From an uncultured Candidatus Marinamargulisbacteria bacterium (GTDB taxonomy: Bacteria; Margulisbacteria; Riflemargulisbacteria; GWF2-35-9), in contig CAIUUT010000133.1 of assembly GCA_903902445.1 (NCBI GenBank), positions 1-41,780 on the forward strand: 41,780 nt of DNA, written 5' to 3'. Positions 36,540 to 41,780 of the stretch are shown here, piece after piece (position 1 is the first letter of the stretch; every line of letters starts with the position of its first letter). The position numbers were made by a program, and so were the translations under genes. A model generated the notes under the pieces. The model saw only the letters and a list, made by a program, of their open reading frames with translations, was not told the DNA's origin and ran no database searches.

Positions 36540-37313
36540 ATGAAAAAAATCAAACTTCTCGATTATTTGCTAGAAAAAGAGCTTGTTCACTCCGAAGATG
36601 AAGCCAATAAGCAACTTCTTGCAGGCAATATTTTTAGCCAAAACAAGCGATTCTCTTCTTTGTCTGAAATTGTGACGCCACATGACCAGATAACGCTGCG
36701 TGAAACCAGCAAATATGTAAGTAGAGGCGGCGAGAAACTTGCTTCAGTATTTCCTGAATTTGATATAAGCATTTCAGATAAACTATGTTTAGACTGTGGC
36801 GCATCAACGGGCGGTTTTAGCGACTTCCTTTTGCAGCATGAAGCAAAAAGCATCATAACTGTGGATGTAAATTACGGGATGCTCGCCCACTCTTTACGAG
36901 TTCACCCCAAGGTTATTCCTATTGAAAGAACCAATATTCGAGAGCTAGATGTTACTAAATTGTGTGGACTTCTCGCCCAACATAAAAAGAACAGGGAAAA
37001 TATAACCTTACCGGTAGATATTATCGTGGCCGATTTGTCGTTTATTTCACTACGTTTGATCTTACCCGTAATTCGAGACTTTCTTACCCCTACCGGAGAT
37101 GCCATACTACTATTTAAGCCGCAGTTTGAGGCACCTAAAGATAAAGTGCCATTTGGTGGCATTATTGATTCAGAGGAATTGATTAACAATTTAATTGAAA
37201 ACTTTATTAGTTTCGCAGAAAAATGCGAATACAAATGTGTTAAATATGTACCAAGTAAAGTTAAGGGAACAAAGGGTAATCAGGAATTCTTTTTTCATCT
37301 AAAGCGGACATAG
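36540..37313 (+). CDS. tlyA: TlyA family rRNA 2'-O-methyltransferase
   Basis: S4-like N-terminus; YVSRGGEKL, LDCGASTGGFSD, DLSFISL, KPQFEA, GTKGNQEF. Confidence 0.93.
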   Translation: MKKIKLLDYLLEKELVHSEDEANKQLLAGNIFSQNKRFSSLSEIVTPHDQITLRETSKYVSRGGEKLASVFPEFDISISDKLCLDCGASTGGFSDFLLQHEAKSIITVDVNYGMLAHSLRVHPKVIPIERTNIRELDVTKLCGLLAQHKKNRENITLPVDIIVADLSFISLRLILPVIRDFLTPTGDAILLFKPQFEAPKDKVPFGGIIDSEELINNLIENFISFAEKCEYKCVKYVPSKVKGTKGNQEFFFHLKRT

Positions 37314-37353
37314 AAAAGCCCTCTTCTTCATTTTCATGAAGAAGAGGGCTTTT
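37314..37353. terminator. Bidirectional Rho-independent terminator
   Basis: Perfect 18-bp inverted repeat AAAAGCCCTCTTCTTCAT-TTTC-ATGAAGAAGAGGGCTTTT between convergent genes. Confidence 0.9.
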
Positions 37354-37364
37354 ACTAAAGCGAA

Positions 37365-39734
37365 CTAGTTAACCATAAATCTGCCAGTTTGTCTTACTCC
37401 ATTGGCATCTATAATATAGGCATGAGCACCTGCGTTTAACTCGCCGATTGGTAAGCTAACTACATTTTTACCAACACTTGTTCCGGCTGCACCTTCGGAA
37501 AGTTTTTGTTGTAATACTCTCTTGCTAAATAAATCCAACACTGAAACCGTTACATTCCCTGCATTAGCTAAGGAGTAACTTAACTTTAGTTCCCCATTGC
37601 TATAATAACCAACTGGTTTTGCGGAAACTGTTGTGGGTGGTGTAACAACTAAAGAATCAATATTAAAATTTCCAGTTAACTCGCCCTGTCTGTTGTTTGT
37701 ATCTTTCACACTTAACTTATAATAGTATTGAGTATTTTTATCTAAACCATTCAAGTTAAATCTCACCTCACCAGTAGCCGTGGGAATGGTTTGCTTGGTA
37801 TTGGTTAAACTGTCGGGAGAAGTACCCCATAATAACGTACTGGTTTGCACTGCTCTTGGAACTTTGACCACAAACTCAACACCTTGGGCATCTTTTGGAG
37901 TTAGGGTAACATCTTTTTGAGCTATTTGAGGGCTATACGTTGAGGTAGCAAAAGCTTTAACCGCACTGGTTGTCACCTGACCTTGCGCATCAGAAATCTG
38001 TATTTTTGCAAAATAGTTCTTAGCTTCTTGCAGATTCACTCCAGCGGTCTTATCATCTACATTAAAAATTACCATACCATTGGCATCTCTAGTGGAAGAT
38101 AAGCTTAACTCGATTAGATTACTTTGGTCCTCTCCCATAAATAGCTTGGCAGTAATAGCTGGATTATCTTTGCCTGCTTCCTGGGTATAGGCCATTAGCG
38201 TTACCCCTAAAAAGTCTTTCCAAGGCTGAACTTGCACACCATCTTGTCCAAAGCTAGGAGCGAAGTCTGTCGTGGTAAAGGAAGTTGCAGCACTGGTTGT
38301 CACCTGACCTTGCGCATCGGTAATCTGTATCTTACAAACCTTAGTTTGACCAGCCTTTAAATTTAAGCCTGGTGTATTTGAATCGAGATTGAAAGTCACC
38401 ATACCGTTTGCATCTCTGGTTGAGGATAGCGCTAACTGAGTTAAGTTGCTTTCACTATCTCCAATTAGTATCTTGGCCGTAATGTTGGGGTTAATTTTGC
38501 CTTGCTCTTGCGTATAAGCCATTACTGTGGCACCAACGGAATCTGCCCATACCTGAGTTGTTACTCCATCTTGACCGAAACCTGGTGCGAAATCCGCAGT
38601 AGTGAAAGACGTTAAGGGGCTCGTTGCAACTTGACCTTCACCATCGGTGATTTGAAGCTTGCAATATTTGGTTTGGCCAGCCAGTAAATTTAAGCCTGGT
38701 GTATTTGAGCCTACGTTAAAAATAACCATACCATTTGCATCTCTAGTAGCTGTAATGGGTAACTCGGTAAGGCTGCTGGCACTGTCCCCAATGAGCAACT
38801 TGGCAGTAATATTTGGATTTGTTTTACCTTGTTCTTGAGTATAAGCCATTATTGTAGCTTCTGGATAATCTTTCGAAACTAAAATCTGCACACCATCTTG
38901 TCCAAAAGCTGGAGCGAAATCGGTAATTTTAAAAGAACTTGTTTTACTGGTAGCCGTTTGTCCCTGCGCATCTTTAATGATTACTTTGGCAAAATATGTT
39001 TGACCTGGAGTTAAGGTTAAGCCTGGAGTAGTGTCATTTAGGCTGAACTGTACAACACCTGTAGCATTATCTCTGGTGGCGGGGATATCCAGTTTGGTAA
39101 AATTAGCGCCATCTGTACTTACCCAAATTTCACCACTTATACTGGGAAGATCTTTACCTGGTTCATAACACCACGCCACGGCTGTTGCACCAACGTAGCT
39201 ACTGCCAACGGTAATTTGCAGATCATCAGCTCCAAAACGAGGCGCCAAATCGCTGGTAGTGAAGGTATTGGTAGCACTTTTTGTTATTACACCATCTGTG
39301 TTTTCTAGTTCAAAGTAATAGGAGTGTTCTTGAGCAGCTTTAGTAAGCTGAGGATTAAAACCAATCCACTGACTGGTAATATCATTGGCCTCAAAATTGT
39401 GCTCACCCATCTTTGTAAAGTTTACGCCATCTTCACTTACAAATAATCTGGCTTGTTTTAAAGGGGTTACAGAAGTACCAATGGTAGCCCAAAACCCAGC
39501 GGATACGCCCATCCAGTCAGCCCAAGGGCTTGCCTGCATGCTGCTTATTTGAGGATCGGTTAAAGAAGTTGTGGATACGGTTGGAATACTGGCTACGTTT
39601 ATTGGCGCATTTCCCATAATACCTGCACTCTGTAAACTTACAGCTTTTACGGCAACGACTGAAGTATTATTAGTTATCGTTGCTGATTGAATTATTACTG
39701 GACTAGGTTTAATTGATGTTATTGTTGAACTCAT
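37365..39734 (-). CDS. 789-aa protein with tandem ~109-aa beta-sandwich (Fn3-like) repeats and a T9SS-CTD/FlgD-Ig-like C-terminus; no Sec signal
   Basis: Four clear D(F/L)AP.FG.D..Q/T repeats plus diverged flanking units; C-terminal LSYSLANAGNVTVSVLDLFSKRV...LNAGAHAYII...TGRFMVN; RBS AAGGAG. Confidence 0.8.
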   Translation of the reverse strand: MSSTITSIKPSPVIIQSATITNNTSVVAVKAVSLQSAGIMGNAPINVASIPTVSTTSLTDPQISSMQASPWADWMGVSAGFWATIGTSVTPLKQARLFVSEDGVNFTKMGEHNFEANDITSQWIGFNPQLTKAAQEHSYYFELENTDGVITKSATNTFTTSDLAPRFGADDLQITVGSSYVGATAVAWCYEPGKDLPSISGEIWVSTDGANFTKLDIPATRDNATGVVQFSLNDTTPGLTLTPGQTYFAKVIIKDAQGQTATSKTSSFKITDFAPAFGQDGVQILVSKDYPEATIMAYTQEQGKTNPNITAKLLIGDSASSLTELPITATRDANGMVIFNVGSNTPGLNLLAGQTKYCKLQITDGEGQVATSPLTSFTTADFAPGFGQDGVTTQVWADSVGATVMAYTQEQGKINPNITAKILIGDSESNLTQLALSSTRDANGMVTFNLDSNTPGLNLKAGQTKVCKIQITDAQGQVTTSAATSFTTTDFAPSFGQDGVQVQPWKDFLGVTLMAYTQEAGKDNPAITAKLFMGEDQSNLIELSLSSTRDANGMVIFNVDDKTAGVNLQEAKNYFAKIQISDAQGQVTTSAVKAFATSTYSPQIAQKDVTLTPKDAQGVEFVVKVPRAVQTSTLLWGTSPDSLTNTKQTIPTATGEVRFNLNGLDKNTQYYYKLSVKDTNNRQGELTGNFNIDSLVVTPPTTVSAKPVGYYSNGELKLSYSLANAGNVTVSVLDLFSKRVLQQKLSEGAAGTSVGKNVVSLPIGELNAGAHAYIIDANGVRQTGRFMVN

Positions 39735-39762
39735 GATTTTTCTCCTTTATTTATATATATTA

Positions 39763-40488
39763 TTAAAACTTGTAAGATAAACCTACTGCTGACTGATTGC
39801 TCATATCATTCATGGACATTTGATACGTTATGCCAAATTCGTTGATCTTATAGTCTACGCCTGCTTCGATTCCATTGCTACTCAGAGAACCTATAACTGA
39901 AAGATTTGGAGCTGCTTCCCACAAGAGGCCCGCACCAATTTTTGTATTTGTTGATTCAATTTCCACAGAACCTAAAGCGGTTATGTTTCCCATTTTGTAA
40001 CCTACATTACCCTTTAAGGTTTTCTCTAAACTGATGGCAGATTCGGTGGAAATGATATTGGCTTGGGTTAAAGAGGCGGATAAATCTCCCACGTTAAGCT
40101 GCACCCCAGCATCAATACCCAAACTTGATTCTTTATTGGCACCAACTTCTAGTCCATAATAGTTGGCTCTTGCCGCAACATTTATTTGTGGGGAAACGGG
40201 CAACTTCACGCTTGCTCCGAGAGCCATTCTAGCGTCAGCTACGCTATGCCCGGTTTCGACTGGAGTTCCGTTAGCGTCTAAAGTGGTTTCGGGTGTTGTA
40301 CCCGCATCATATTTAGCGATATCAAGTCTCACAGACTGACCATTGGCACCTACCAAAGCTATATCACCGCTGAAGTTAGATGAATTTACATCCTGACTGG
40401 TGATTGTTTTAGCAGTCACGCCCTGGGCTTCCTTTTGTAGGGGAAACAAAGGACTCCTTGTTGAAAAATTTACTGATAGGTTTGACAT
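39763..40488 (-). CDS. PorV/PorQ-like beta-barrel protein, N-terminally shortened, no Sec signal
   Basis: Alternating amphipathic strands (GIDAGVQL, KGNVGYK, KIGAGLLW, EAGVDYK) ending in VGLSYKF; RBS GGGAGG. Confidence 0.6.
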   Translation of the reverse strand: MSNLSVNFSTRSPLFPLQKEAQGVTAKTITSQDVNSSNFSGDIALVGANGQSVRLDIAKYDAGTTPETTLDANGTPVETGHSVADARMALGASVKLPVSPQINVAARANYYGLEVGANKESSLGIDAGVQLNVGDLSASLTQANIISTESAISLEKTLKGNVGYKMGNITALGSVEIESTNTKIGAGLLWEAAPNLSVIGSLSSNGIEAGVDYKINEFGITYQMSMNDMSNQSAVGLSYKF

Positions 40489-40582
40489 AATTTCCTCCCT
40501 TTACATTGATTTAATCTTTTTTAGCGCTCAAATTCCACAACATTTGTACATCATGTTATGTGTATTTTGCGCTCTTAAATAT

Positions 40583-40590
40583 ATATCGGT
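40583..40590 (-). promoter_or_regulatory. Putative sigma28 -10 element ACCGATAT
   Basis: 7/8 match to GCCGATAT about 95 nt upstream of the barrel gene; shares CCGATATA with the 1576 site. Confidence 0.35.
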
Positions 40591-40646
40591 CACTTTTGAA
40601 AATTATTGCAAAAAACATTTAGAAAGAGTTAGGACTTTTAAAGTAA

Positions 40647-40807
40647 AGATTCCTCGACTTCCAGACTATGTCTGTGCGCTCGGGATGACGATTGAAACAC
40701 AGAGAAATGGAGGGATCTAGCAGCTCATCACAAAAAGATTCCTCCATGCAGCCTGCCCTGAGCGAAGTCGAATGGGTCCTGATTACAGGACTACAGTCCG
40801 AAATGAC
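40647..40807. repeat. Cluster of REP-like palindromic units related to 17585-17704
   Basis: 40647-40693 is the reverse complement of 17581-17627 with 5 mismatches in 47 nt. 40736-40807 matches 17654-17704 with a 20-nt extra segment. Confidence 0.8.
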
Positions 40808-40889
40808 GAAAGCCCTAATTAATGACTAATTTATTGAAATCTATTTTGGACAAATAGCAGGAAGCTGGGAATATATGCTTGCTGGTTAT

Positions 40890-41306
40890 CTAGAGTTTCG
40901 TTATTTGGCTCTCGCGCAAGGATTCTAGTATTTTGCCTAAGATGTCATTGGTCTTACTGGTATTTTCTTCTATACCAATAAAAAGAATAATAGACTCGGA
41001 TATAGCCTTAAAAATAATATAGGAGGCAATACCAGAAATAATAGCCACAATAACCATCATAAAAGAATGATTAAAAAGACCACCCGCCACACCTAGGATT
41101 ATGTACAGTAGAGAAATAACGGCTAAAACATCAAGAAGCAAACCAATGATGTAGAGGGCACTATATTTGGCATTTAATCTATGGTAATGGAAAAATCTAG
41201 CCCATTTGGTGACTTTACGGATAACATCTTCATCAAAATCGTAGCCACAGCCACACTTACTACGTTCATCTTCGTGAGACATTTCACATTTTGGGCAAAC
41301 TTTCAT
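40890..41306 (-). CDS. Zinc-ribbon membrane protein
   Basis: N-terminal CPKC...CGCG; two TM helices; C-terminal IEENT; RBS GGAG. Confidence 0.75.
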   Translation of the reverse strand: MKVCPKCEMSHEDERSKCGCGYDFDEDVIRKVTKWARFFHYHRLNAKYSALYIIGLLLDVLAVISLLYIILGVAGGLFNHSFMMVIVAIISGIASYIIFKAISESIILFIGIEENTSKTNDILGKILESLRESQITKL

Positions 41307-41482
41307 TTTCTAGCACTCCTTCAAAATTACTATATTTAGCAGGTTACATTATAAAGTATATTGGGTAATTTACACAAATTATTTTATGTCAATTCTGCGG
41401 GTAAATTGCTCTATAGATTCCCAAGCTTGGCAATAATTTTGGGACCTATCGCAAGCCCTACAAAAAGACCCATAAAGACTGA

Positions 41483-41780
41483 CTAATTTGCGGGCGTCCA
41501 GTCTACATTGCTGGCAAAATTGAGCATATAACCGGCGTGCCTTGAGAGTGCCTCCGACAAGGAAAGCTTTATTGGCCCCGTAGCCGTCTGTGTAACAAAG
41601 TTATAGATATTCCAAGCTCCACCTCTGTAGACAGCCACAGCCACAAGCTTGTGTGGCTCTGTTCCCAAAGGTCTTGGATCTATAGAGTCTTTTAACTGTT
41701 GTATCGTCAGGGATGAGCCTAACACTCTGCTCATTGGATTCCAGCCTACCACAAAGTTATACGTAGTTACTGAACTTGGC
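41483..41780 (-). CDS. 3' end of a larger gene; GWN-type beta-sandwich C-terminal domain of an extracellular protein
   Basis: The frame is open to the window end (PSSVTTYNFVVGWNPMS...). GWN...W..Y...AGYML...W pattern. Confidence 0.55.
   Translation of the reverse strand, partial: PSSVTTYNFVVGWNPMSRVLGSSLTIQQLKDSIDPRPLGTEPHKLVAVAVYRGGAWNIYNFVTQTATGPIKLSLSEALSRHAGYMLNFASNVDWTPAN

Noticed and set aside
571-37234. Numerous short antisense or alternate-frame ORFs in the track (e.g. 898-1290, 3474-3785, 5990-6361, 18612-18971, 35213-35617)
   Set aside because: They lie within well-supported genes and show no recognisable motifs; they are shadow ORFs.
17585-40807. CRISPR array or IS element interpretation of the repeats
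   Set aside because: There is no regular repeat-spacer periodicity and no cas or transposase gene in the window.

Overview
AT-rich bacterial window, almost all genes on the minus strand, from a diderm (it has L/P-ring genes and beta-barrel proteins). A deep-branching lineage such as Margulisbacteria/WOR-1 is only my impression, not a demonstrated assignment. The main feature is a flagellar basal-body/export cluster at 3395-14055 (flgG-flgA-[panD-probable 6S RNA]-flgH-flgI-flgJ-like-fliA-flgB-flgC-fliE-fliF-fliG-fliH-fliI) that appears systematically remodelled. FliG lacks its C-terminal torque domain, FliF lacks the beta-collar, FlgB is minimal, FlgC carries a Sec-type signal peptide, and FliH/FliI have long acidic tails. 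No flgF, fliJ, hook, filament, stator or export-gate genes occur in the window. At the far end, a PorV/PorQ-like barrel and a repeat protein with a T9SS-CTD-like tail both lack Sec signals, have Ser/Thr-rich N-termini and follow a sigma28-like -10 box. My best hypothesis (inference only) is a non-rotating, flagellum-derived secretion machine that exports sigma28-controlled surface proteins. Also present: an ArsM-like methyltransferase coupled to an unannotated 39-aa Cys-rich peptide, a 1649-aa Big_1/Ig-repeat protein, nested REP-like palindromes and housekeeping genes (nth, icd, argC, panD, tlyA, Nif3, UPF0182). I saw no tRNA, rRNA, CRISPR array or transposase. All family calls come from motif recognition by eye; no searches were run.
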